This document shows positions 52,102-60,146 of a stretch of DNA of 64,000 bases, piece after piece. The notes under the pieces are model-generated. The model was given only the letters and a program-made list of their open reading frames with translations. It was not told where the DNA came from and made no database searches. Every line of letters begins with the position of its first letter. Positions within the stretch are counted from its first letter, which is position 1. The position numbers and the translations under genes were made by a program. Origin of the DNA: an uncultured Chloroflexia bacterium (GTDB taxonomy: Bacteria; Chloroflexota; Limnocylindria; Limnocylindrales; CSP1-4); assembly GCA_963749705.1 (NCBI GenBank), contig CAVVNQ010000015.1, positions 352,001 to 416,000 on the forward strand. Reading direction: 5' to 3'.

Positions 52102-53778
52102 ATGAGGCGCGCGGGTCCTCGCGGCCGCCTGGTGCTGGCAGGCGCTGCCCTGATGCTCCTGCTGATCGCCGCGGCCGCCATCCTCCTTCCCCGCCTCGGC
52201 GGCGGCGCGACCCCGACCTCGGCGCTCGGAGCGCCGCAGTTCGTCGAGGAGACGGCGACGTCGGGTGTCAGCCATACGTTCGGCGGCAGCGACACCTCGT
52301 ACATCGGCGGTGGGGTGGCGGTCCTCGACTGCAACGACGACGGGATGCCCGACCTGTACCTCGCCGGCGGGGGCAACCCGGCGGCGCTGTACCGGAACGA
52401 CAGCCGGCCGGGCGGGAGCCTCGCGTTCTCACCGATCGTTGATCCCGTGGTGAACGTGCAGGACGTGATGGGCGCGTACCCGCTGGACATCGACGGTGAC
52501 GGTCGGGTGGACCTGGCGGTCCTGCGCGTCGGCGGGGTGGACCTGCTGCGCGGCCTCGGGGACTGCCGGTTCGCGCGTGCGAACGACGCCTGGTCGTTCG
52601 CCTCGCCCACGGACTGGACCACCGCGTTCAGCGCGACGTGGGAGGGGAACGCAGCGCTGCCCACGCTGGCATTCGGCAACTACGTCGGCCTGGATGCGCA
52701 GGGCAACGCGACGTACAAATGTCCGGACAACGAGCTGTATCGGCCGAGCCCGGGCGGAGCGGGCTACGCACCCTCGATTGCGCTCGCGCCCGGCTACTGC
52801 GCGCTGTCGATGCTGTTCAGCGACTGGGACGGCTCGGGCCGCCGGGACCTGCGCGTCAGCAACGATCGCCACTACTACGACAACCGGGTCGGCCAGGAGC
52901 AGCTGTGGCGGATCGAGGCGGGCCAGCCGCCGCGGCGGTACACGGCCGCCGACGGGTGGGTCGAGCTGCAGGTCTGGGGGATGGGGATCGGGAGCTACGA
53001 CGTGACCGGTGACGGCCTGCCCGACGTGTACCTGACCAGCCAGGGTCCCAACATGCTCCAGACGCTGCTCGCAGGGGCGGGTGTCCCGACGTATCGGGAC
53101 ATCGCGATCAAGCGCGGCGTGGTGGCGACGCGGCCGGCCGCCGGGGGAGACCCGCTCCCGTCGACGGCGTGGCATCCGGAGTTCGACGACGTCAACAACG
53201 ACGGGTTCATCGACCTGTTCGTGTCCAAGGGCAACGTGAGCGAGGAACCTGACTACGCGTCGCGTGACCCCAGTGACCTGTTCCTGGGCCAGCCCGACGG
53301 GACGTTCGTGGATGCAGTGGCGCAGGCGGGCATCCTCAACTATGACCGGGGCCGCGGCGCGGCCCTCGCGGACTTCAACGCCGACGGCCTGCTGGACCTG
53401 GTCGAGGTCAACCTCGACGCGCCGGTTCGCCTCTGGAGGAACGTCGGCGAGGGCACGGCCGACGATCCCCGTCCGATGGGCGGCTGGCTCGGTGTGCGGG
53501 TGCACCAGCCGGGCCCGAACCGCGACGCGATCGGTGCGGTGCTCGAGGTCAGGGCGGGGGAGTCCGTGATGCGCAGGGAGCTGGTCGTCGGCGGCGGGCA
53601 CATCGGCGGCCAGCTGGGCTGGACCCACGTCGGCGTCGGGCCGGCGGCCACCGTCGACGTGCGCGTCACCTGGCCGGACGGCGAGACCGGGCCGTGGATC
53701 CCGGTGACCGCGAACCAGTTCGTGGACATCGAGCGGGGGAGCGACACGGCGACGCCGTGGGTGCCGCCGGGCGGCTGA
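52102..53778 (+). CDS. CRTAC1-like FG-GAP repeat protein with a C-terminal ASPIC/UnbV domain
   Basis: N-terminal TM helix; six Dx[D/N]xDG-type loops; RDAIGA...THVGVG...VTWPDG; alternative ATG at 52069. Confidence 0.85.
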   Translation: MRRAGPRGRLVLAGAALMLLLIAAAAILLPRLGGGATPTSALGAPQFVEETATSGVSHTFGGSDTSYIGGGVAVLDCNDDGMPDLYLAGGGNPAALYRNDSRPGGSLAFSPIVDPVVNVQDVMGAYPLDIDGDGRVDLAVLRVGGVDLLRGLGDCRFARANDAWSFASPTDWTTAFSATWEGNAALPTLAFGNYVGLDAQGNATYKCPDNELYRPSPGGAGYAPSIALAPGYCALSMLFSDWDGSGRRDLRVSNDRHYYDNRVGQEQLWRIEAGQPPRRYTAADGWVELQVWGMGIGSYDVTGDGLPDVYLTSQGPNMLQTLLAGAGVPTYRDIAIKRGVVATRPAAGGDPLPSTAWHPEFDDVNNDGFIDLFVSKGNVSEEPDYASRDPSDLFLGQPDGTFVDAVAQAGILNYDRGRGAALADFNADGLLDLVEVNLDAPVRLWRNVGEGTADDPRPMGGWLGVRVHQPGPNRDAIGAVLEVRAGESVMRRELVVGGGHIGGQLGWTHVGVGPAATVDVRVTWPDGETGPWIPVTANQFVDIERGSDTATPWVPPGG

Positions 53779-53794
53779 TGCGCCATTCGAGGTG

Positions 53795-54020
53795 CCTCGC
53801 CGCGTGGTTCGCCGCCGCCGATTCGCCGCGGATTCGCCGCGTGCTGACTCGCCGTACGCGTCAAATGTCGGACCGGCGCCCTGTGATCGAGCCCCGAAGG
53901 ACCGTTCCCGGCCCTCCGCCTGGGCGCTGAGCCTCCAGTTGACTCGCCGCGTGCGTCAGCCGCCGCGCGCGGTTCGCCGCGCGTGGTTCGCCGCGTGATC
54001 CGCCGCGTGATCCGCCGACG
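53795..54020. repeat. Degenerate direct-repeat array, core (T/C)CGCCG(CG), about 11 copies in two clusters
   Basis: For example GATTCGCCGCG GATTCGCCGCG and GTGATCCGCCGC GTGATCCGCCG; all copies in the same orientation. Confidence 0.75.
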
Positions 54021-54042
54021 TTCACCACGAGGCCGCGCACGT

Positions 54043-54071
54043 TTGCCCCTTCCGAGTGCGCCTGATATCCT
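54043..54071 (+). promoter_or_regulatory. Sigma70-type promoter for rpsO
   Basis: TTGCCC-N17-TATCCT with a TG extension. Confidence 0.65.
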
Positions 54072-54125
54072 CCGCCGGTCAAAGAAGAGGAATAGGTTCA
54101 GATTCAGTTCGTGTCGGAGGATCGA

Positions 54126-54395
54126 GTGCCGCTCGCGCGGGAGAAGAAGCAAGAGGTCATCGAGTCGTTCGCCGTCAAGGACGGTGACACCGGCTCCCCA
54201 GAGGTCCAGGTCGCGCTCCTGACGGAGCGGATCCGGGACCTGACGGAGCACCTCCGCAGCTTTCCGAAGGACAACCATTCGCGCCGCGGCCTCCTCAAGC
54301 TCGTGGGACAGCGCCGGCGCCTTCTCGCCTACCTGGTGAAGAAGGACGCCACACGCTACCGGGCCGTCATCGGCTCGCTCGGACTCCGCCGCTAG
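54126..54395 (+). CDS. rpsO: 30S ribosomal protein S15
   Basis: [36 protein letters not shown]; GTG after GGAGG. Confidence 0.98.
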   Translation: MPLAREKKQEVIESFAVKDGDTGSPEVQVALLTERIRDLTEHLRSFPKDNHSRRGLLKLVGQRRRLLAYLVKKDATRYRAVIGSLGLRR

Positions 54396-54408
54396 GATCC
54401 GCCGCTTC

Positions 54409-54436
54409 GAGGCCCCGGGTGTGATCCCGGGGTCTT
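54409..54436 (+). terminator. Stem-loop between rpsO and pnp
   Basis: GAGGCCCCGGG-6 nt-CCCGGGGTCTT. Confidence 0.55.
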
Positions 54437-54520
54437 GCGCATCCGGCCCCCTTGCCGCCGCCCGGCCCCATTCGCCCCAGGTCGCTCCCACCCCGTCACG
54501 ACCAAGGAGGTCGTTTACAC

Positions 54521-57106
54521 GTGCCCACACCCACCACGCTCGAGATCGAGTTCGGCGGTCGTACGCTCATCCTCGAGACCGGCAGGCTCGCCGGCAATGC
54601 CGGTGGCGCCGTCACGGCCCGCTACGGCGACTCGATGGTCCTCGGGACCGCCAACCGCTCCCAGCCGCGGCCGGGCCTCGACTTCTTCCCGCTCACCGTG
54701 GATTTCGAGGAGCGGATGTACGCCGCGGGCAAGATCCCGGGCGGCTTCATCAAGCGCGAGGGCCGCGCATCCGAGGCTGCGACGCTCGCGGCGCGCCTCA
54801 CCGACCGCCCGATCCGCCCGCTGTTCCCCGAGGGGTACAAGGATGACGTCCAGATCGTCATCACGACCCTGTCCACGGACCAGGAGAACGAGCTCGACGT
54901 GCTCGGCACGATCGCTGCGTCGGCGGCGCTGACGATCAGCGAGATCCCGTTCCAGGGCCCGATCGGTGCGGTCCACGTCGGCCGGATCGACGGCGAGTTC
55001 GTCCTCAACCCGACCACCAGCCAGCTCGCGGAGTCGGAGCTCGACCTGATCGTGTCCGGCACCCGCGACGCGATCATGATGGTCGAGGCGGGCGTCAAGA
55101 TCCTGCCCGAGGACGTGATGGCCGAGGCGATCATGTTCGCCCACCGGTCGATCGCCCCGCTCATCGACATGCAGGAGGAGCTGCGCGAGAAGGTCGGCAA
55201 GCCCAAGCGCCTGCCGTACCTCGAGCCGCTCACCGACTCCGTGCTCAAGTTCGCCGAGCGGGCCCGCGCCGGCGGCGAGTTCGTCGTCGTCGACGTCGAG
55301 ACCACCGGCACCGACCCGCAGCTGGCCGACCTCGTCGAGGTCGCCGCCGTCCGCGTCAAGGGCGGCAAGATCACCGACCGGTGGTCGACCTTCGTCAACC
55401 CCGGGCGCCCGATCGTCGGCAACCAGATGCACGGCATCACCGACAAGGACGTCAAGGGCGCGCCCAGCCCGGCCGAGGCGGCCCGCAAGGCGCTCGACTT
55501 CGTCGGCGGCGCCCCGCTCGTCGGCCACTCGGTCGGCTTCGACATCGCGTTCCTCGAGGAGGCGCTGGGCGACGGCACCCGCATCGAGCAGGGCACCTAC
55601 CTGGACACGCTGGTCATCGCTCGCGAGGGATACCCGGATCTCGAGAACTACAAGCTCGGGACCCTGGCGGCGTTCTTCGGCATCGAGCTGACCGCCAGCC
55701 ACCGCGCCCTGCCGGACGCGGAGGCCACCGCCAACCTGCTGATCTGGTTCGCCAAGGACCTCCCCGGCCGCATCGACACCCTGGCCGACGGGATCGCGAC
55801 CGCGGTCCGCGCCACGCGCAAGGACAAGGACGAGTCGGCGAAGCTGCTCGAGGCCGCCCGCCGCAACGCGCGCTTCAGCAAGAGCCTGTTCGGGCTGGTG
55901 CAGAAGAAGACCGTGCGCAAGCTCGTCCTCGACGAGGGCGTCCGGATGGACGGCCGCGCGCTCGATGAGATCCGCCCGATCTCGGTCGAGGTCGGCCTCC
56001 TCCCGCGTGCCCACGGCTCAGGCCTGTTCACCCGCGGCCAGACGCAGGCGCTGACCGTCGCCACGCTCGGCGCGTCCTCGGACGTCCAGCGGATCGACAC
56101 GATCAGCCCCGAGACCGAGAAGCGGTACCTCCACCACTACAACTTCCCGCCCTACAGCACCGGCGAGAACAAGCCCATGCGCGGCCCCAGCCGGCGCGAC
56201 ATCGGGCACGGCAACCTCGCCGGACGAGCGCTGCTCCCCGTCCTGCCGAGTCAGGAAGAGTTCCCGTACGTCATCCGCCTCGTGTCCGAGGTGGTGGCCG
56301 GCAACGGCTCGACGTCGATGGCCTCGACCTGCGGCTCGACCCTCGCCCTGATGGACGCGGGCGTGCCGATCAAGGCGCCGGTGGCCGGTGCGGCGATGGG
56401 CCTCGTGCTCGACGCCGAGACCGGCAACTTCGTGGTCCTCACCGACATCCTCGGCAAGGAGGACTCGATCGGCGACATGGACTTCAAGGTCACCGGGACC
56501 ACCGAGGGCATCACCGCCCTCCAGATGGACATCAAGGTCAAGGGCATCGACGAGCGGGTCATCCGCGAGGGGCTCAAGCAGGCGCTCGCCGCCCGCCTGT
56601 TCATCCTCGACAAGATGACCGCGGTGCTGCCGAGCGCCCGCGAGGAGATGTCCGACTTCGCGCCGCGGATCATCACGATCAAGATCAACCCCGAGAAGAT
56701 CCGCGAGATCATCGGCAAGGGTGGGTCGATGATCCGCAAGATCCAGGAGGAGACCCAGACCGAGATCAACGTCGAGGACGACGGCACCGTGGAGATCGCG
56801 GCCGTCTCCGGCGAGAACTCGCGCAAGGCGATCACCTGGATCGAGAGCCTGACCCGCGAGGTCGAGGTCGGTGCGCTGTACCTGGGCAAGGTCACCCGGC
56901 TGATGACCTTCGGCGCGTTCGTCGAGATCCTGCCGGGCAAGGAAGGCCTGGTCCGGATCGGCGAGCTGGCCGACTACCACGTGCCGTCCGTCGAGGACGT
57001 CGTGTCGGTCGGCGACGAGGTGATGGTGGTGGTCATGGAGATCGACCGCCAGGGCCGCGTCAACCTGTCCCGCAAGGCCGCCATGCAGCGGCATCTCGCC
57101 AAGTAG
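54521..57106 (+). CDS. pnp: Polyribonucleotide nucleotidyltransferase with an inserted DEDDh exonuclease domain
   Basis: DFFPLTVD, AGKIPGGFIKREG, HGSGLFTRGQTQ, GDMDFK, KH and S1 domains; 861 aa including a ~155-aa DnaQ-like insert. Confidence 0.96.
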   Translation: MPTPTTLEIEFGGRTLILETGRLAGNAGGAVTARYGDSMVLGTANRSQPRPGLDFFPLTVDFEERMYAAGKIPGGFIKREGRASEAATLAARLTDRPIRPLFPEGYKDDVQIVITTLSTDQENELDVLGTIAASAALTISEIPFQGPIGAVHVGRIDGEFVLNPTTSQLAESELDLIVSGTRDAIMMVEAGVKILPEDVMAEAIMFAHRSIAPLIDMQEELREKVGKPKRLPYLEPLTDSVLKFAERARAGGEFVVVDVETTGTDPQLADLVEVAAVRVKGGKITDRWSTFVNPGRPIVGNQMHGITDKDVKGAPSPAEAARKALDFVGGAPLVGHSVGFDIAFLEEALGDGTRIEQGTYLDTLVIAREGYPDLENYKLGTLAAFFGIELTASHRALPDAEATANLLIWFAKDLPGRIDTLADGIATAVRATRKDKDESAKLLEAARRNARFSKSLFGLVQKKTVRKLVLDEGVRMDGRALDEIRPISVEVGLLPRAHGSGLFTRGQTQALTVATLGASSDVQRIDTISPETEKRYLHHYNFPPYSTGENKPMRGPSRRDIGHGNLAGRALLPVLPSQEEFPYVIRLVSEVVAGNGSTSMASTCGSTLALMDAGVPIKAPVAGAAMGLVLDAETGNFVVLTDILGKEDSIGDMDFKVTGTTEGITALQMDIKVKGIDERVIREGLKQALAARLFILDKMTAVLPSAREEMSDFAPRIITIKINPEKIREIIGKGGSMIRKIQEETQTEINVEDDGTVEIAAVSGENSRKAITWIESLTREVEVGALYLGKVTRLMTFGAFVEILPGKEGLVRIGELADYHVPSVEDVVSVGDEVMVVVMEIDRQGRVNLSRKAAMQRHLAK

Positions 57107-57125
57107 GCAGCCCTCGCATTCGCAC

Positions 57126-57160
57126 GACGCGCCTCCGGATCCCGGAGGCGCGTCTTGATT
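57126..57160 (+). terminator. Intrinsic terminator after pnp
   Basis: 13-bp stem GACGCGCCTCCGG-ATC-CCGGAGGCGCGTC followed by TTGATT. Confidence 0.8.
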
Positions 57161-57194
57161 CGCCCGGCCGGTGGTGCGGGGTGGGGTCGGCGGC

Positions 57195-57235
57195 GCCTGC
57201 CAGGTGTCAGTGCCTGCCAGGTGTCAGTGCCTGCC
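57195..57235. repeat. 17-bp tandem repeat GCCTGCCAGGTGTCAGT x2.4
   Basis: Perfect copies at 57195 and 57212, partial copy at 57229. Confidence 0.9.
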
Positions 57236-57376
57236 CGGCGAGGTCGACGTGACCCCGCTGGAGAGGCAGCGGGACCAGATCGAGCCGCCGCGTGGTCGGA
57301 TCGATGTCCCGCATCGCCTGCCACACCGATGGCGCCCTGAGGCCGAGGTCGGAGCGCTCTGGTACGCCTCGGCCGC

Positions 57377-58270
57377 TCAGGGATCGAACCGGATCGAGTC
57401 GATGACGTCCTGGAGCGCGGCCACGTCCCGGGCAGATGCCGACGCAAGAGCGTGCCCGACGACGATGACCGGATGGCCGGCGTCGACGACGTAGAACCAG
57501 AGCGTGTCGCCGGGGGCTGGCGGATACTCCGCGTCGTAGTTCCGGTTGAGGAACTGCAGTCGCCTGCGGTCGCACAGGTGGGATGCGAGGTCGGCCGGGA
57601 TCGAGGTCTCGACCAGCGTGGCCGGTGTTCCGCCCAGAGACACGGCACGCGGCGCCGTCACGTGCATGCCTGACTGGTTTGCCAGAGCATCCGCAAGCTC
57701 CCGCGCTGTCGGCATCGACTGCCACACGTTCGCCTTCCAGTGACACGGGTCGGCGTTGACCTGGTCCACGAACTGCCGGAGCTCGAGCATGACCGTTGCG
57801 GATGTGCCGTCGTTGGGACCGTTGAACACGATGCCGTCTCCGCTGTACCAGCCGGCGGGAACGGTGAGGCGCATCTGCGGCCAGCCCCGGTAGCCGGCCA
57901 GACCCGCCACGTATGTCCCCGGCTCGAGAGGCGCGCCAGGATAGGGGTTGGCAGACGGCAACGGGATGGGGGTAGGCGCCGCAGTCGCCGTCGCCGTGGT
58001 CGTCGGCGATGGCGATGCGCCGGTCCCGAAGCCGGGCATGCCGGGCAGGAACCCGAACGCGATCGTGACCGCCAGCGCGACGGCGGCCACTGCCAGCATC
58101 GGGCGTCGGCCGGGCATGATGACCGGCGCACTCCACGGGCCGACAGGGATGCGCTGTTGCGTGCGCTCGGTTGCGGCACGCACCGACGCGTACGACCGCT
58201 CCGGCAGGCGGTCCACGCCTGGATCGAGGTAGGCCTCGATGATGTGCGTCAGGTCGCGTTCGATCGTCAT
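57377..58270 (-). CDS. Single-pass membrane protein, putative anti-sigma factor
   Basis: Short cytoplasmic N-terminus, one TM helix, Pro/Thr linker and external domain; 4-nt overlap with the sigma gene. Confidence 0.7.
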   Translation of the reverse strand: MTIERDLTHIIEAYLDPGVDRLPERSYASVRAATERTQQRIPVGPWSAPVIMPGRRPMLAVAAVALAVTIAFGFLPGMPGFGTGASPSPTTTATATAAPTPIPLPSANPYPGAPLEPGTYVAGLAGYRGWPQMRLTVPAGWYSGDGIVFNGPNDGTSATVMLELRQFVDQVNADPCHWKANVWQSMPTARELADALANQSGMHVTAPRAVSLGGTPATLVETSIPADLASHLCDRRRLQFLNRNYDAEYPPAPGDTLWFYVVDAGHPVIVVGHALASASARDVAALQDVIDSIRFDP

Positions 58271-58839
58271 GCCAGTCGCTCCGTGGGGATCGACGACAGT
58301 CGCGCGTCAGCCTCGAGGCTGGCGCGCAGCGCCGCCGTTGCGTGATGAAGCCGGGACTTGGCCGTTCCGAGCGGGATCCCGAGCCGCTCGGCCACCTCGG
58401 GCAGGGCCAGGCCGACGTAGTGATGGAACACCAGCACCGCGCGCTGCTCGACGGTGAGCCTTCGGAAGGCCCGGTCGAGCTGATCGCGATTCTCGACGGT
58501 CAGGATCCCGGTCGATTCCGCTTGGGCGTCGAGCGACAGCGCTCGGATCTCGGCCCGCATCCGCGTGCGCCGCCTGGCCTCCGCGTAGCACTCGTGGGTC
58601 AGGATGCGGTGGAGCCACGGCTCGAAGGCATCGGGGTCGCGCAGCGCCCGAAGCTGCCGCCAGGCGGCAATCAGGGCGGCCTGCACCGCGTCGTCGGCCC
58701 GATCGGCATCGCGCAGGATCCGGAACGCGATCGCCATGCACCGATCGCCCACCATACGGGCAAGGGCATCGAAGGCCTCGCGATCACCGGTCCTCGCACG
58801 TTCCACGAGCGCTCGCACCTGGCTCTCCCTCACCTCCAT
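58267..58839 (-). CDS. ECF RNA polymerase sigma factor
   Basis: ARTGDREAF, ADDAVQ, FEPWL, EVAERLGIPLGTAKSRL; start may instead be the GTG at 58818. Confidence 0.92.
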   Translation of the reverse strand: MEVRESQVRALVERARTGDREAFDALARMVGDRCMAIAFRILRDADRADDAVQAALIAAWRQLRALRDPDAFEPWLHRILTHECYAEARRRTRMRAEIRALSLDAQAESTGILTVENRDQLDRAFRRLTVEQRAVLVFHHYVGLALPEVAERLGIPLGTAKSRLHHATAALRASLEADARLSSIPTERLA

Positions 58840-59011
58840 CCACCCTCGACCGGGCGGATCACACCAGGGAGTCCAACGGTAGGCGCAAAGGTTCAATCCT
58901 TGCGACCCGGGAACGCGAGTGCGACCCGTCAGGCACGTGGACGGCCGTTCGTTCGGTGGTGCGCGCCTCCGCAATAGGGCGGTCGCCCGGGGCGGAACGT
59001 CCGAGGCCCGC

Positions 59012-59020
59012 TGCTATACT
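59012..59020 (+). promoter_or_regulatory. Extended -10 element for asd
   Basis: TGcTATACT. Confidence 0.65.
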
Positions 59021-59060
59021 CGCGCCCGTGCCCGACAACCCGTCGATAGCAGGTCGGACC

Positions 59061-60146
59061 ATGCCCGGAACACGCCCCGAACCCCTCGTCGTCGCCGTCG
59101 TCGGTGCCACCGGCGCCGTCGGCCGGACGATGACCCAGGTGCTCCTCGAGCACGACGTCCAGATCCGCGAGCTTCGGCTGCTCGCGTCCGAGCGATCGGC
59201 CGGCAAGACCGTGACCGTCGGGGGCGAGCCGTACGTCGTGGGGCTCGCCACGCCCGAGGCGTTCGAGGGGGTCGACATCGCGCTGTTCAGCGCCGGTGGC
59301 GAGACCTCGAAGGTGCTGGCGCCCGAGGCCGCGGCCCGGGGTGCCGCGGTGATCGACAACTCCAGTGCGTGGCGCATGGATCCCGGCGTGCCCCTGGTCG
59401 TATCGCAGGTCAACCCGGACGACCTCGAGTGGCACGAGGGGATCATCGCGAACCCCAACTGCTCGACGATGCAGCTGATGCCGCCGCTGATGGCGCTCCG
59501 CGATGCGGTGGGCATCGAGCGGATCGTCGTGGACACGTACCAGGCCGTTGCCGGGACCGGCCACAAGGCGATCGTCGAGCTCGAGGAGCAGGTCCGCGCC
59601 CACGCGGAAGGACGGCCCAAGGTGGCCAGGGTTTACCCGCATCCGATCGGCTTCAACGCGCTGCCGCACATCGACAGCTTCCTCGACAACGGCTACACGA
59701 AGGAGGAATGGAAGGTCGTCGCCGAGAGCCGGAAGATCCTCCACCTGCCCGAGCTGCGCGTGTCGTGCACCGCTGTTCGCGTGCCCGTGTTCGTGGGCCA
59801 CTCGGAGGCGGTCCACGTCGAGACGCGCGATCCGATCACCCCGGCCGAGGCGCGCGCGCTGTTCGCCGCCGTCAAGGGGGTCGTCGTCCAGGATGACCCG
59901 TCGGCCAACGTCTACCCGCTGGCGACGGAGGCCGCCGGATCCGATGACGTGTTCGTTGGCCGGGTGCGGCAGGACGTGTCGATCCCGGGCAACCGCGGCC
60001 TCGCGTTCTGGGTCGTCTCGGACAACCTGCGCAAGGGCGCGGCATCCAACGCGGTCGAGCTCGCCGTCATCCTGGCCGAGCGCGGGTGGGTCCGGCGCTC
60101 GAGCGATCGCGTGGCCGTGGGAGCCTCCGGGGGGCGGCCCGCGTGA
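59061..60146 (+). CDS. asd: Aspartate-semialdehyde dehydrogenase
   Basis: VVGATGAVG, DNSSAWR, ANPNCST, RVPVFVGHS, DNLRKGAA; alternative leaderless GTG at 59028. Confidence 0.96.
   Translation: MPGTRPEPLVVAVVGATGAVGRTMTQVLLEHDVQIRELRLLASERSAGKTVTVGGEPYVVGLATPEAFEGVDIALFSAGGETSKVLAPEAAARGAAVIDNSSAWRMDPGVPLVVSQVNPDDLEWHEGIIANPNCSTMQLMPPLMALRDAVGIERIVVDTYQAVAGTGHKAIVELEEQVRAHAEGRPKVARVYPHPIGFNALPHIDSFLDNGYTKEEWKVVAESRKILHLPELRVSCTAVRVPVFVGHSEAVHVETRDPITPAEARALFAAVKGVVVQDDPSANVYPLATEAAGSDDVFVGRVRQDVSIPGNRGLAFWVVSDNLRKGAASNAVELAVILAERGWVRRSSDRVAVGASGGRPA

Noticed and set aside
41194-54040. Calling the accessory block a mobile element
   Set aside because: No integrase, transposase, tRNA target, or terminal/target-site repeats seen.
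55280-55750. PNPase insert as an intein or homing endonuclease
   Set aside because: No intein splice-junction pattern (N-terminal Cys/Ser block, C-terminal His-Asn) and no LAGLIDADG or HNH motif; the motifs are clearly DEDDh.
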